This document shows, piece after piece, positions 40,101-55,100 of a stretch of 64,000 nt of DNA. Numbering within the stretch: the stretch's first letter is position 1; each line of letters starts with the position of its first letter. The translations under genes were made by a program, and so were the position numbers. The stretch covers positions 11,098,001-11,162,000 of the forward strand of contig CM119384.1 of the NCBI GenBank assembly GCA_051294905.1. The letters are read 5' to 3'. The stretch comes from Botryllus schlosseri (taxonomy: Eukaryota). The notes below the pieces were generated by a model. The model was given only the letters and a program-made list of their open reading frames with translations, did not search any database and was not told the origin of the DNA.

Positions 40101-43100
40101 GTACATACAGCGCATTGAGCGAAGTCGTCACTCTTGCAACGCAAGTAACGTAATGAGGATCGCGATTATCTGTTCTCTTTTTCCCAGTTGTGCGATTGGT
40201 AAATTGGTGTATCTCCGCGAAATTCTATCTGTAGTACCTAACTACCTAGTTGCGGAAAGATGTTTTGCAGGTAATTGACCATTTCATACCATCGTTGAAA
40301 CAGCTATTACCGCGTCGGGAGAGATATTATATTCCAATTAAGATTCCAATTCAGACGCTGTAACGTGCGACGTTATCGTATCGTTTCTGAAGTTTGGATA
40401 ATCCTGATTCGAATGCATGATGATATCCCACGAGATCGTCATTATCCGTCCTTCATAACTCTCGGGATGTGACTTCGCGTGGTCTTAATCAATAAATGCA
40501 GAACCCGTGAACTCGTCGGCAGGGTTGAAATGTGTCTGCGATATTAGACGATGGTTTCAAAGATTGCTAATGTAAAGTATCGTCATATAACGGTAGATAA
40601 ATCAGGCGTACGCCACATAGCTAATGACGTAGAAAGTTGTCGTTATTCCTGCGCATAGCGTATAAGCATCAGCTACTTTCCGACAGGATTCCAATTTGTA
40701 GCGAAGTCGTATACCTCCACACACCTCTTCTTGAAGGAACACACGGTGGAAGTAACATGACCTGTATCTTTACGCGACATCGTGAATGCCATATTTTAAG
40801 TTGAATCTATCAGGCACTGCGATTTCTACGCTATTTAAGAGGCTATCTAGCACTTTATTTGGCAGACATAAATCGCAGACGCGGCTATGGACCGCGCTGC
40901 TGCTATCCTATATACTCCAGGTTCATGAAACATAGCAATGCATACTGAGTAGATATACTGTATTAATCCCGTTGCGCAACGAGGAAAGTATATGCTACGC
41001 TCCAATACACTCGCGTCAGATATAGCTGTAACTACGCCGTAAACACGCGATTGCGACTAAAACCAAATTACAGTATAGACATCAGAATATCGCGAAATTA
41101 TTCATTTGTAGCGACTCTCAAAGGCGCGCTCATCCCCTTTGATTGTTTGACTTTTCAATGAATACATGTAACTGTTGTTTTGGGCGCAATTGCAAACATC
41201 GCTCAAATCAGACACTGCTCTCTCTTCACATTCACATTTTTCGGCGCCACCATTGGTATAGCATCACGAGAAAAATCATACTGCAGCGTAACTGATATTT
41301 GCATTGTGATTTGAAACATTCACGATTGATTGCCATTGTATTCATGAGTTAATTTTACATCATCATGATAATCATAATTTCACCTGCTCAAAACACACAA
41401 TGTGATGTAATGAACAGATAGGGGAATGCCGAAACGACCAAGCACGGTCTCTCGATCTAACAACACCTCGGCCTAATTCCCGTTGTAACAGTGTTCAAAC
41501 TCGATCTTTTAATCTGTCCTTCTTTGCATTTGCTTTACTTCTATTCTTCCTTCTTCGGGCTTTTATGTAAGACACCATAGGAACAGGATGGCTAGGGAGA
41601 AGAAGCCCAGATAAACTCTCGATACTTTGCAACGTGCTACGCAACTTCCCAAATGACGGCGCAGTGTGGCGCGGTAAAAATAACTCATTACTCCAACCTC
41701 CGCGTCAAAAGGTGACGCGTTTTCGTTACGCAAGCCGTTTGTGGCGCCTCCAGATATTTGCCTTTTGGTAGTTCGCATCCGTCATCGCTCACACGTCCCC
41801 TGCGAACTTTTCCAGAATCAAGTGCGCACCGAACTAGACCTGCTGCACGCCGTCAAGCAATCCATGTCGAGACGGATGGAGCAGAACTACCGGAAGCTTT
41901 CGGAGGACGTCAACTCGCACTTGTCCACGCACACGACCCAAATTACCCGCGTCGAAACTTCGGTGACCAGGTGAGCTTGCATGCAATTGACCACCATTAT
42001 GATTGCAGGGTAGGCCTAATTAACCAATTAACGTGTTGGAAACTGGACGGTTTATCGGTTATGAAAAATTTATATTGATGTTGAAATTCTTACAGGTGAG
42101 CGAGTGAGTGTAGGTCTACCAAAACTTATTAGGAGAACAGGAGATATCTATTTAGCTAATTTGGTTTCTAATCAAATTACATATAGGCTGGGTTGCATTT
42201 AAAACAAGCATTTAAAACACTTTTTTAAAAACACGCTTTGTACAAAGGCCGTTTTAAAAAAATGTGTTTTTTTTCAAGCTGTAAAATTATACCATAATTC
42301 TGTAAATACTGTCCAAAAATACGTTGTATGAGCCTACGGACAATTACCACCCGATGTGGCCGACGTATATCGATATGGGATGGCTGTAACCCTCAAAATA
42401 GTCAGTTCAACATCAATAGTACAGATATTTCGCCAAAGGAGCTAGATTCCCCCTATTTTCAATTGTCAATGCCAATCCACTATGACGCCACCATTGAATA
42501 TTCGTGACGTCATGGCTTTAAAAAAAAACGATAAAATATCATGTTTTAAACAAAAGCCTTGTATTAAACAAGTTTTTTTTAATTTTATTTTTATTTTAAA
42601 TACAACCCTACATATAGGAATCCTTATGTAACTACCAACTACCATACATATATGATATTGGAATAGAGCCGTCACGCTTAAATCTGTACAGTGTACATGC
42701 AAGAAGGTATCACAGATTCTGGTGCAATTTCTGGCGAAGCAAGGTTGGTTTTGTGCTCATCTACGTTGTACGACCTCGAGTCCGTTCGCATGGTCTATAC
42801 TCACTACTCAGCTGTTCTTACATACCCAACAAATACACGAATATTGTCACCAAAATCCAAATATCACGTATGAAATGTATGTACGAAATGTACGACGAAA
42901 TGTATGACGGGCAATCCGTATAGAAATATGATTCAAAAATTTTCGGAATTTCAATTTTCCGTGATGTACAGACGCAATTATATCGAGGATCACAGGATTT
43001 TGTTTGCGTGTAAATTAAGCTCCGCATATTATCACGTCATCAGTAGCGATACATCATATATTCGGGAAACCTGTCCAATCTACAGCGTGGGGACGCATAC

Positions 43101-46100
43101 GACATCTCTATGGTGATTTTAGATCAGACCAGAAATAATACATTTTAAATGTGCAACCGCATTGAGAAACTATACACTGTCACGTCAGCAAGAACACCTA
43201 CGTTTCATGCACAGAAACGGGGACTCCGTCATGATTTATCTGCGCTTATGTACCTCCATTATGTCTAGCACACAGCGTATTGAACTGATAATAATCGTAT
43301 ATACGGACGGATGCTTTCAAGGTGTGACGATATTGAGAAACTACCGTCACAGTAGCACGAACACCCATGTTCTACGAACAGAAATAGGGATTCCGTCATG
43401 ATTAATATGGGCTTCACTACTTCCATTATGTCTGTACAGCGTATTGAACTGGTGATTGAATAGACTGGAGGATTTGGAGTTCAGACAGTTCGCAAGCAAC
43501 TAATTCCAAGATTCGGATCTGCATTAGTAGCTCGAATCCGTAACGGGATTTGGATTTGTAAAATCTAATCCCATTAGAGCTTTCATTTCAAATAGATTTA
43601 GGTTACGTCATGTCGCGCGTGTCCGCGCAGGCACGGATGCGCCTCGCCACTCGATCACGCTAACCGCGTTTTCAGGCAGGCAGAAAGGATTAAGCATCTG
43701 ACTGCAATCGTAAGGAGGCATAACGACTTGTTGAATTCCGACGATCTCTTTGACGCGTCGCTCATGAAACACGTCGACAACATCACGAACTATCTGGGCA
43801 TGATGTACACGAATTTGAGTCGGGTTTCGGAGTCCTACGACGTGATGCGGACGAAGGTAAGTCGTGCGGACGCATGGGTTGAACTTGCGCTGTCTAGGGT
43901 GGTCACTGTGGTCAGTTAAGAAATATCTCTACATAAATGGCCCGGGCCTATTTCGTACAGTGTACTGTAGTACATTACTGTTTCTCAAACTTTGTACCTT
44001 ACGGACCGGTAAAACTTTTAAACAAATTTGGCAGACCTGTTAACCTTAAAAAATCAGGATCAACCCAAAAAGCAATAATTACGACAAATGTACGCAATCC
44101 AAAAGTTAAAATAATGAAACGCCAATTTATTGAGAAATGTGCTGCTATCGTGTTCGTGTTGATATCATGCATGTTGTTGTTCTATTGAAGTTTCTGTAAG
44201 GCGAAGTACTACATTGTTGCTAAATATAGGTGGCAAGCATGGAGAAAAAGTTATCAATGATGGGGACCGCCGCGCACAGAATGACGGAAGCCTTTGAAAA
44301 TAATACACAGGTCACTGCGAGACTTCAAAATTCGTACACAGCGACCGCCCAGGTAAATTTCGCTATTTTGTTTATCTTTTCTGTTCTGAACTTCAGTGGA
44401 AAAGTTACACCGGGTGGGATTCACCACCCGTTGATCAAGCTTCGTACAGCATCGTTTGAATCGCGACTTCATCGTGGATCGCAGTTGATTGTGACTGATA
44501 AATTCCACCTTTAGCCGCTACACCAGCTGATTTTCAGATGTAGCGGTTATAACAGCTGATTTGTTTCTGGAATAACTTTTGCCTGAGTAAGCTATAATGC
44601 GACAGAATGTAATGCCGTAAGTGAGCAATTGAAGCGGGCATTTTCATAACTCAATATTATCGCCATGCGCGATAATTTTCTGTATCGGTTTCTTTGTATT
44701 ACGTTTCGCCGACTCGATAAGAAATGCGGACTGCGTATTTTTCGGCAATATTCATTGTCCAACACTTATAATGCAACGAAAATGTTACTGTTTTTTAAAT
44801 TACAACAAAGAACATTTGAATGAAAAGGTCTTGACCCCGAAACAAGCAATACCTAGATTATTGAGCACTGTATCGACATAAAGGATGCTGTTCTGCGAAT
44901 TACTCGTTATGACGATGTGCCGTAACACGGATCTCACTTATATACAGACCTACCTGTTAAACCCTTCACAACGCCAATGCAAAACTTCAAGTAACGCCCG
45001 CGCCATATTATTCAAGCATCACACGAGTGTAGCGACCAATAGAATTTGGGACCGCAAAAATTTGTTTACCTAAATTCTATCCAATTTCACCTGGAAGGGG
45101 ACATATTGTTCACAACAACGCTCAATATACAAATATAATGGTAAATAGCCCCAGATCTATCAATGTTGTACGGAGCGAACACATGATACCGTCAAACTAG
45201 TGATATTCTGAAGAAATGGCTGGCATTTGAACATTCTTCCCAAATAGATTTGTGCTCCCCCCTCTCCTACATCTATGAAGCTTAACTGTGAACAGGGCAT
45301 GCAGAATGGCGGAGAGTTGGAAAAATGTAATAGCGTCTCTTATAGATAACAGTACTTTACAACTCCATAGTGGTTGGTATCGTACAGACGAAAGTGCTTA
45401 ATTGAACAACCAGATCTTTACAGTAAATCGAATCAAACCGTAAAGGGATATATTGAATATTCGGACACGCGTTCAACTGTTCACGCATTAAAAATGCGGT
45501 CCAGGCATCTGCGTTCCAGCGATTGGCGCACAATCGTTTGAAGTCGCCTCGATTAAAATTCCACGCATGCGGTCCATGGGTAATTGAGCACCAAAGCCCT
45601 TTCATTGTTATCGAAATATGCATTGCGATCGTTCGCCCGAAAACAATCGACAATATACCGGTCTTTTCAAAGTGTAATCGTCTCCTATCGCCGTTTCGAT
45701 CGTGTCGCTTATTTGTCAATCTGCTGTAGTGAGAAATTCCTTGAGCTGTGACCCGTGGTCTTTGTGAAAATGCAGGAATTGCAAAGGTTGTCGGACCTTT
45801 TGAATTTCCTGACTGAGAGATACGACGAAGAGTCCGGCACGTTGCGGAGCGATCTGGACAAAGCGCTGGAGACTCAGAAAATGCACGAGAGGAATATCAG
45901 CGCTCTGATGAACACGGCGCCGCAAGAAGATAGTCAGGTACGCTGAATCGATATTCTATGACTTTATCTCATACGACATTCGTCAGAATTTCCCGCCCAT
46001 TTTGAATTTAGTTATGTGTAGGGCAAATTTTTGTTGCAGTCAAATCCGTGGAAAGTTGCATTTATTTTTCACAAAAGTTGCACTAGTCTAAAAGACCACA

Positions 46101-49100
46101 TTTTGGTCGGTTGACTAAAAAAAGATCAACTTCCCAGTTCCACTCCCGCAAACCAGTTCTCCATTCACATTCTCCGTTGGTTGACTAAAAAAAAGGTCAA
46201 CTTTCCGGCTCAGCTCCCGAAATACCCGTTACAGCGTTACGTCAGTGCTGATTCACGGTATTCCAGTCGAATAATCAAGCGATCTATTCACGTATACTGC
46301 CAAATATTTCCAGTAAAAAGTTGGTTGCATGAAAAATCGAAAAAAACTTGCAAAATGTTTCATGAAAAATCGAAAAAGTTGCAAAAAGTTGCACTATAAG
46401 ATTCCCGCAAGCAGCTTAAAACAGAATTCCACGTAACTTCCGAGTATTTAGGAAGCTGCCGGAAGCTGTAAAAAAAGTTGCAAAAGTTGCAAAAACTTGC
46501 CCTAGTTATGTGTAACGTTCTGACCTCATCTTTTGAAACATAATTTTACTTTATCTGTGATTAATTTCCCTTCCTTGAATAAAGGACCTTGTTACGTCTA
46601 TATGATATTAGCCTATATTTTTTTACGATGTTCACGATATCATTAGCGTGATGTATTGTTGATAGATAATTCCATGCTTTCTCTCAATGCATGAAATGAA
46701 TTGTGGATACGGTCTTCGATAAGCACAGCATTGTTTATGATTATTGACTTGAACTGTACTCATTTACGCCGAAATTTCTGTAGAGTCGAAGAGAGTTCTC
46801 GCATTTTCTAGCCGATGAGCCAGTCTCGAACACGCCGCTACAAGTCACGCAGACATTCAGAGTAAGTTTATTTCTTGCTAATTGTCGGCACATATCTCAT
46901 GTGCGGTTTTAATTGTTTCTAATGCAATCTTCATTTTTGGCGTGGATTCCAACTAGAAATGAGTTAAACGTCGAAATAAAATGTCGAGTCCGCGAAGGGA
47001 AGGCAGCGCTCAGATTTCCCCCTGTTGGGGATCAACACTAGGGTACCATATTTTGGAGTCGTGAAAGGAGGACACTTTTATCAAATGATAAAATTTAGTT
47101 TACCGAAATTGAAAACACCTAATTTTGATGTATTTACTGGAAATCTTGTGTCGTCTAATACAAAAATCATCACTTGACTTCACTCATGACGTACCCACTT
47201 TTTACCGATATTTCAGTGGTGTTGACTAAAAAATTGGTAATTTTTCCCATATCTACTCCCGAAATGCCCGTATCGCCGTAGTTGTCGTTGATTGGCGTTC
47301 GCTGCGTCGGAGTCCGGTTTTTGATCGCATTCTAGCATCAAAAAAAGGAGGTCAAATTCTTGAAAAAGATGGCAATTAGGTATCCTCCTTGAATTGATTG
47401 AAAAAAGACGATAAATCCTCTTAAAAGAGGACATATGGTAACCCTGATCAACACCAATGCGCACCGCCAGGCGCCATTTATATGGGTGTCCTCGTAATAT
47501 ACCACCCGAAGCGATACGGACACGGATGTTGACCGAATCCAACAGAAATATAGATACTCTTGTAAATGTCACCTGATGACGAGGCGTGGACGAATGAAAA
47601 GATTATCTCTGTTGGTATAGTAGAATAATAGCGTGATAAAATCGGCCAATATTCTTTAATCAGTGTATTTGGTCAGACATTACTTGCGAACGACCGTTTG
47701 ATTATGATTTGGCAAATAACTTGTTATTGTACGTTCTCAGCCTTCTTTTGTGTCGTGTTTAACGTTTGTAAAATCCCTGTCACACGTGCATTGTGCATCC
47801 TAACGCCTTCAAACTATATCTACATATAATATCTGTATTCCATAATTATCGTCTACACTACACTAACTTACAAAGGTTAAACTGCGGTGCCAACAACTCT
47901 AAGTGTTCTATATTCCTTGCCGTCAAATTCCAGTGCAATGCAACTGAGTAGGCGCGTCTCTGCTACATTGTATTGATGTTACGGCAGCGCAGCTTTTGAA
48001 ATATGATTGGGATTAACACTGCTATCAAAATCTACCTTACGCGACGTATGCCAACTCCGTATCGGATAACACGCAGAATTAAAATCATGAATGACAACGC
48101 CAGGTTCTGTATGAAGGCGCGGCATTGCGTACTTGATTATGTTCCGCAAAATGAAATCATCTACTATATTTAGAGACTGTTGATTGAGCTGGGCGTGGAG
48201 GACCGCATCACCCGTCTCACCAGAGTGATGCGTCTTCAGCAGCACCGCATGGCCAACGTCACAAAGGCAGTGATCAAAATAGCGGAGGACAAGGAAGCGA
48301 TAACGGACACCACCACGCACTATCTGAGCATTATTAAGTCCCAAGCGGACTTGATTAAAGATCAAAACAAGACCATAACAAAACTTGAATTGATGGTGAG
48401 AGCCATAGGTATCGTATCGCCGCTGCTTTGTAATGCTATCCGGACCGACTTAGCGTTACGTACCGACGTTTCAACGTCTATCAACCACGAGGCGACCTTA
48501 GTACCCAGTTACAGAGCGAAATAATCGATATCCAATTTTAACCGCAATCCCGGTTCGAATTTCGCTGTCACCCGAGTTCTTTATTGGCAATTTCGACAAC
48601 GCATCCCGTTCTTTTACCAAGAAACGGCTCATACGCGGAAGGCGTAGCCAGCGGTTTTTGTGTTTTAGCTCGGGTACCGGTAACATTTCAAAACAAATTT
48701 AGCGTACTGGTGAACCTTGACAAATCGAAATTATCTCAAAATGTAATTACGACAAGTGTATGGCAGTCAAAAGCCAATATTGGGAACTGCTGCTGCCTTT
48801 TTCAGGATACACGTGTTATACGTAGCTCTGTAGAAGTTTTTGAGAGACGAAATCCTGCTAATGAATAAAATGACTAGCTTGATTTTGATAGTTCGGTTTC
48901 TTTTGAAAGCACTGCTCCCTTGTTGTTTGCTAGCCTCTATTTTATACTGCCAAATGTCGCTAAATTATGCTGTCGTAATTTAAGGAATTTTGATTAAAAA
49001 TTATTTTTTTTATCTGTAGGCTACTTTGATACAGTTTCGTGCAACACTTGTAGCATCGTGACGTAAGCTGACTCCAGAGTAGACCTTGTCCGCTATATTA

Positions 49101-52100
49101 CGACACCCTGCAGAAAATGTCTTTTAAATTTCTAAATTAATCTAAAATTTGATGTTTGAATTCTCCAATCAAGGGACTAGCGTCCTATTTCTCGCATTTC
49201 TGAATTGAGATAGAATTGTAATATATTAGGCGGACCGGCAGATAACTTGACACGGATCGGCGGTTGAGAACCACTGGTTTAGATTCCGAACTCCAGAGCG
49301 AGAAAACGCTGTTTCGCGGCTTTTTGCGCAAAGCTCCAAACAGTCGAACACTATACATATTGCATTAGCATGTTAGTAATACTGGTTTTACGTTTTGCGT
49401 TAGGTAAATGAACAGGAGCAGACCATCGGAATGATGCAAGACGACTTGATGAACGGAGAGGATAGCGTACGAAAATTGACCAATATCATCGCGAATATTG
49501 CCGTTAACGCAAAAAGTCCAATGGCATCGCAAAGAGGTATAAAAAATAACTATACTTCATGAACCTGATTTGTCTCGTTTACAAAGTCGACAGATATTTC
49601 GCGTACGTGATATAATATTGGTGATATATGCCGCAAGTGACCCTGACAGATCTAATCGCTCTGCATTTCTATACGATCGCCGTTGTGCTCTCTATCGACA
49701 TCAGGCGTCGCTGAGAATACTGTAATGTAGTTTGAATAAGGTCCGTCCGCTGGAAGTCGCAATGGAGCTGAGTCTGGACGTAACTGCTCGGACTCCGTTC
49801 GACTATAGATGACTAACCTACGGTTATCTATAGCTTGACAATTTCGGGAACATTACAACTGAATCTGACGTACGCTACGCAGCACCAGCGCAGCACCAAG
49901 AAACTCTTTTCATCGTACAATACCGCTTTCAATTCACTGGAAGTATAACGCCCCAAAATCACAACTACAGCTACCAATTTCAACCATGAAAATCTAACAC
50001 GCGTTATTAAGACATGTTCACATTAATGCAGATACCATTTACCGGCAACTTGTCGCTCGTGCATTTTCATCGGCGATCTCTATTGTAACAGGGTTTCTAG
50101 AATCTAGATATATCTTACGCGAAGGCACTCTTTCAATAATGAGAAAACCAAGATTCGGCGCTGCTAATTTTTTGGGTACTCAATCATTCGTTCGTTATCA
50201 TTTGATTGTTTGAGACAATGCCTTTCCGCTAATGTTTGTTGGGGATGTTGCCACTCGACCGTTTACAAATCTTGACCCCGTTTCGAAACAACAAGACGGC
50301 AGAAATGCAGGACCGTGCCAAAGTGGTACTGCGAACATACAATGAAGGGCATAATTTATTTGGCGAACACTAAAACACGAGAAGGTGAAGTCATGTAGGC
50401 CGGATATAAGGGAATATCAAAGGTGCGAACTGGAGTTACTCGTCGATAGATATCTGAATCGTGTCAAATTGTATCTTTACATAACGTATTCCCGCCAATC
50501 ACCTCAAGATTTGTGATGAGTAATATTTGATTCATGAAACTCCTAATCATACTAATCAGCTGTTTTTATTATCTTCATCCACTCAAGATACTCGATGTAC
50601 TACAATCCGCAAGACGCAATGTGATATAGGCCGAGTTAGATTCCCACCGTAGACCACAAGATCCGCAATAAGTTTACGGAGCTGGGGTAGAGTATTCTTT
50701 GTACGCGAAATGGTGTGATTGACATTTCCCGACAAGTAAACCGTATCACGTATCGTAGCGAAGATTTGCTTAATGTCACATCGTCATATGTCTAACTTCG
50801 TCAACATAACGCGTTTATTTGATCGTTGTCTTGACGGCATTTGAGCAGATATTTAGGTCAGAGTAATTGATACTACCATGGAAACCCTTCCGTAAAATGT
50901 GTATGGTTTACCCATCATTTTCCCAGCTTCGTCACGCTATCTAGCTACAGTCCTGCGCCAAATTCAATTCAATTCGTGTATGTTTCACGTCCTCATATTC
51001 CTTTTACGAATGTAAGACATGTTCCGACATAGGCGGGCGGTTTTGTGAACCGAGGCGACAAAAACGCTTTCTAGGCTTGTAACAACCACCAACGATATGG
51101 CTATAGAGATTGTACAATTGATCATACAATCGCTAAAATTCGATCAAGTTTCGTCAATGGTCGCGTGATTTCTTCAGATTGCCACGACGTATGGTTGAAC
51201 GGGCATCGGGAAAGCGGCGTGTACAACATCATCGAAAACATGAAATTGCGGCCGGTACAGTGCAACTTGACGGATTACGGCGGCTGGACTGTGATTCAGA
51301 AACGGCGAGATGGCTCCCAAGACTTCGACCAAAGTACGTCAGCTCAGCGTGTAATGAGATATAGATGCAACGCGGAACACATCCCACCCACTGTCTTCAG
51401 ACATGTAGAATCATCCGTAACATCAGGTTTTCGGTAAATGGCCCGGTGCGGTTGCACAAAAACGTGCGTGTCGCCGTATCTAGGTAATCATATACGATCG
51501 TTACGTTATGTCGAAGATTTAAGAGATTCCACTGCGGTTTCCAGCTGAATAGTAAGCCACTATTCATGGAAGATGAAGGAAATTCACGGATTCCACATGA
51601 GTCATAAACATCATTATTATTATTCGGTTCACAAATCCTTCATATCAACCCAGGGATATCTAGAACTCTCGATATCCCTGATAGCAAGCCCGTGGATATA
51701 ATAGGATCTGATGATTGGCTGCGAAAGAGGGGTGTGACGGGGTTCGATGTGACGTGGCAAATATATTTGGTGCAAAGCGGTACCTAAATACCCCATCATT
51801 ACTCCCCAGGTTTTTGAAAATCTTTCGTTATACTACTATATGCTATCGCTGGATATAGCTGTTATTAGAATTTATTATGTTGGAATAAATGAACTCTACT
51901 TGCAATGCGAGGCAGCAGCAATAAAGCAAATCCTTGTATATGTTTAGATAAATGTGTATTCACACCCCTGATATACGGGTGTGAATACATGCACCTATGA
52001 CACATGAAACCAGAACCTGTCTACAGAGTGTGGTTAGCGGCACATTTTCGGATTATATGTTTATCCACCACTGGGAACTTTCCACTCGGAAATGCATTGA

Positions 52101-55100
52101 TCAAAACAGCCCTTGGGTGGAATTATTTTGATCTGGAATCGCGTTGGTCCAGTACCTGCAGCGACTCAAATTGTATTGTGCTCTATAATCTCATTATTCC
52201 TTCCGTGCACCAGACCAAAGCGAAGCTCGTCTGTAAAATTCGTTTAAGCCCGACACGCAGTAGTGTAGGCTAGTACAGTGCTCTTCAACCTTTTTCGACG
52301 TACACCCTTTTAAGGTTTACTTGAAACTGCTACACCCCTGGCCGGATAACTCATTGATTCCGTATAGTAAGCCTAGACCAGGGCTGGCCAACCTTTTCGG
52401 CCGACGGGCCACATTTGATTGATGAAATTCTGCGCGGGCCACTATCCGCGCGAAGCGCGAAAATTTTTCGAAGTTCATAGGTCAATAATATTGTCATTTG
52501 ATTATATTGCGGGCCTGCTGTATATCGCTGGGCTAAGTTTGCGAGGACTGGGCTATTCGGCGCATGGACATATCGATATCGGAAGCTGCGACCAACATGC
52601 GTCAATCATTTCGTGTATAGGTCTCATAGTCGACGGTCTTACTGCCAGTGCAAACGCATGGTCGCACATGTTGAACGACACTTTGTCTCGTAATCGCTAG
52701 TATAATTAGACTCAATCTGATACATTGGGTGTTCTTCAATTTTCACAAAAGAGCAACAATATTAAGAACAAGAAATCGAGTGACAACATATTGCGCTAAG
52801 CTTGTAGAAAATTTTTACTTTTGATAAATCTATCGCAAATTATTCTGCTTTATTGTAGTCTACGAAGATATACCAATATATGAATGGTTGATGGATCTGT
52901 CAATGAGTCGAAACGGATATTTTAGTCATCACATCTCAAGTGTTGCGGCCAGACTAATCAAATTTTTCGTTGGCCATGCAAGTTCACAATCTGGGCAATC
53001 CATTTTTGATGATTTCGGAAATTACCTCGCGGGCCACTCAAAACCTTCTCGCGGGCCACGGGTTGGCCGGCCCTGGCCTAGACCATGGGTGTTCATGTTC
53101 ATGTTCAACCTCCTTGTTATTCACGGCCGTGCTTCGATTCCTTACATAGCATACTACCGCATTCCGGCGTAGAGTCGTAATGGCCCATCTGGACGTCATA
53201 TAATCAGGACTCTAACTGCCGCACGCCAAACCCGTCGATTGGGGGGGGGGGCGAACTCGAAGGGGTCCCGAAATTATTTCTTGAATAAACATAAATTATC
53301 TAGTATATTTTCAAAAATTTGTTCAACTTCATTCAATTTTTTCTTCCTACGCTCGATTTAATGTCAAATTTCTTGATTATTGGGTAGCCTTCCACAAGAC
53401 AAAATATGTCGGCCATTACCGCGCCACGACGCTCCAGGACATATGAAGTTTTAGGCCATGTAACAAAATGCGATCCTAGAAGTGTGCCAGAATGATCGGC
53501 AGCGAGAAAACATTGGTCAAAAAGGACCGACCTTGTGCTGGCTGAAAACCCCGATGGGACCAAGGGGCCCGCCCGATTTATTTTTATTTACGGGCCCTAC
53601 ATTTTCCAAAATGTTTCATTTTGATTGTAAATCTTAAAGTAAATCTGATTACCTGGGCAGAGAGAGAGAATAACAAAATTTATAACAATATGTATGCAAT
53701 TTCTGATATTATTGACGGATTCAATCACGAATTATAGAAAATTTCACGCCTCGCGCGATCTTACGCTATAAACTAGCCCACTAACGTGTATAACAAATTT
53801 CGCAGACAAAGTAGCGGTTAAAACGTAGACCGTGATGAGGGGTCTACTGTTTGGTTTATGACGCTATGGGGGCCCAAGACCAACGTTTTTTTAGGGGGGG
53901 GGGCTGACGAAGTGCTGTTTCGGCCCTGCATATACTCATGTTAAATTGGCTACTGGCAACTTTACGCCGCGGAGAGCGCTTGTGGTGTTCTGCGCCATCA
54001 CTGATTTCTTGAGGTATACCCTGCGTATAGAAATTTTTAATTGTAACAGTAGTTGCGCGGGCGCTAAAAACTTTTACATGAGGGAAATTTATTTCGTCTA
54101 TAAGATGGGTAGTTTCATATATTACTGTCAACTATTTATCCATTCTTGGCACACGTGAATGATTAAGCGATGGAGCTGATGGAAGGGGTGTAGGCATACA
54201 CGCAAACGAATCCGTCCTGGTATTACTTTATGGGGTGCATCATTTTCCTTTACGGTTTGCATTTGTTCGGTGGGACTAAGATTACACTATATAGAATACG
54301 AAAAATCCTGGTCCCCTGAATCGCGCAAGCGTGAATAAAATTTTCAAGTTTAAAATCTCTCAAACATTTGAGAACCTCGTCGTTAACTCAAATTTCATAA
54401 TAACGGACGCCAAAACACGCTCTAATTTAATTAATATGTTTTGCAGAAACATTGTTTAACGGGTGCATGCGACCGTATGTCTGCAGGTGCTGGCCTGTTG
54501 AAATAAGGATGAACAATGCTGCAACGTATTTGAAATGCTAAATACTAATCAGGGCTCGAGGATCCAGACCACCAGCTAGCACAGTGGTTCTCAAACTAGA
54601 TCCCCTAGACACACCCTGGCTACGCCCCTGTAATGATGTACACTGCGCTATTTATAAGGAGCTCACAGAAAGTACAAATTTAATATTTCTGAACCGTCGC
54701 AGTGGTTTCCTCAAGCATCATTATAGAGATAGACGGATATTGCAAGCGGAACACATGTCATCTCCATCCCTTTCTGCTCCAAAAGGAATCAAAAAGTCCA
54801 TACCAACATTCAAGTGATGTGCACAAACATATGCTTTTGATACATCAAAAGGAATATAGCTTACAAGCTCGTACAGCTGATATAAACATATTTTACGATA
54901 ATGCACGCCCGGTCAACATATTGATGTTCTGAAGCATACAATTGCCTGTTTATTGTGATAGCTATATAGTCATCGGTCCATTTTAATTCAGATCTGGTAC
55001 ACCCCTGTACACCCCATGTGAGTGGTACACCCTTTTAAAATTTTGGTACACCCACGGGTGTACGAAAACCCCGGTTGAGGAGCACTGGGCTAGTATACAC

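Larger units (their letters stand above)
52276..55087. mobile_element. Outer hAT/Charlie-like element hosting nested insertions
   Basis: TIR CAGTGCTC(T/C)TCAACC; perfect TSD GGCTAGTA (52268-75, 55088-95). Confidence 0.88.

Noticed and set aside
51651-51680. Perfect 10-bp hairpin CAGGGATATC..GATATCCCTG
   Set aside because: No TSD and too short to assign; possibly a collapsed MITE relic.
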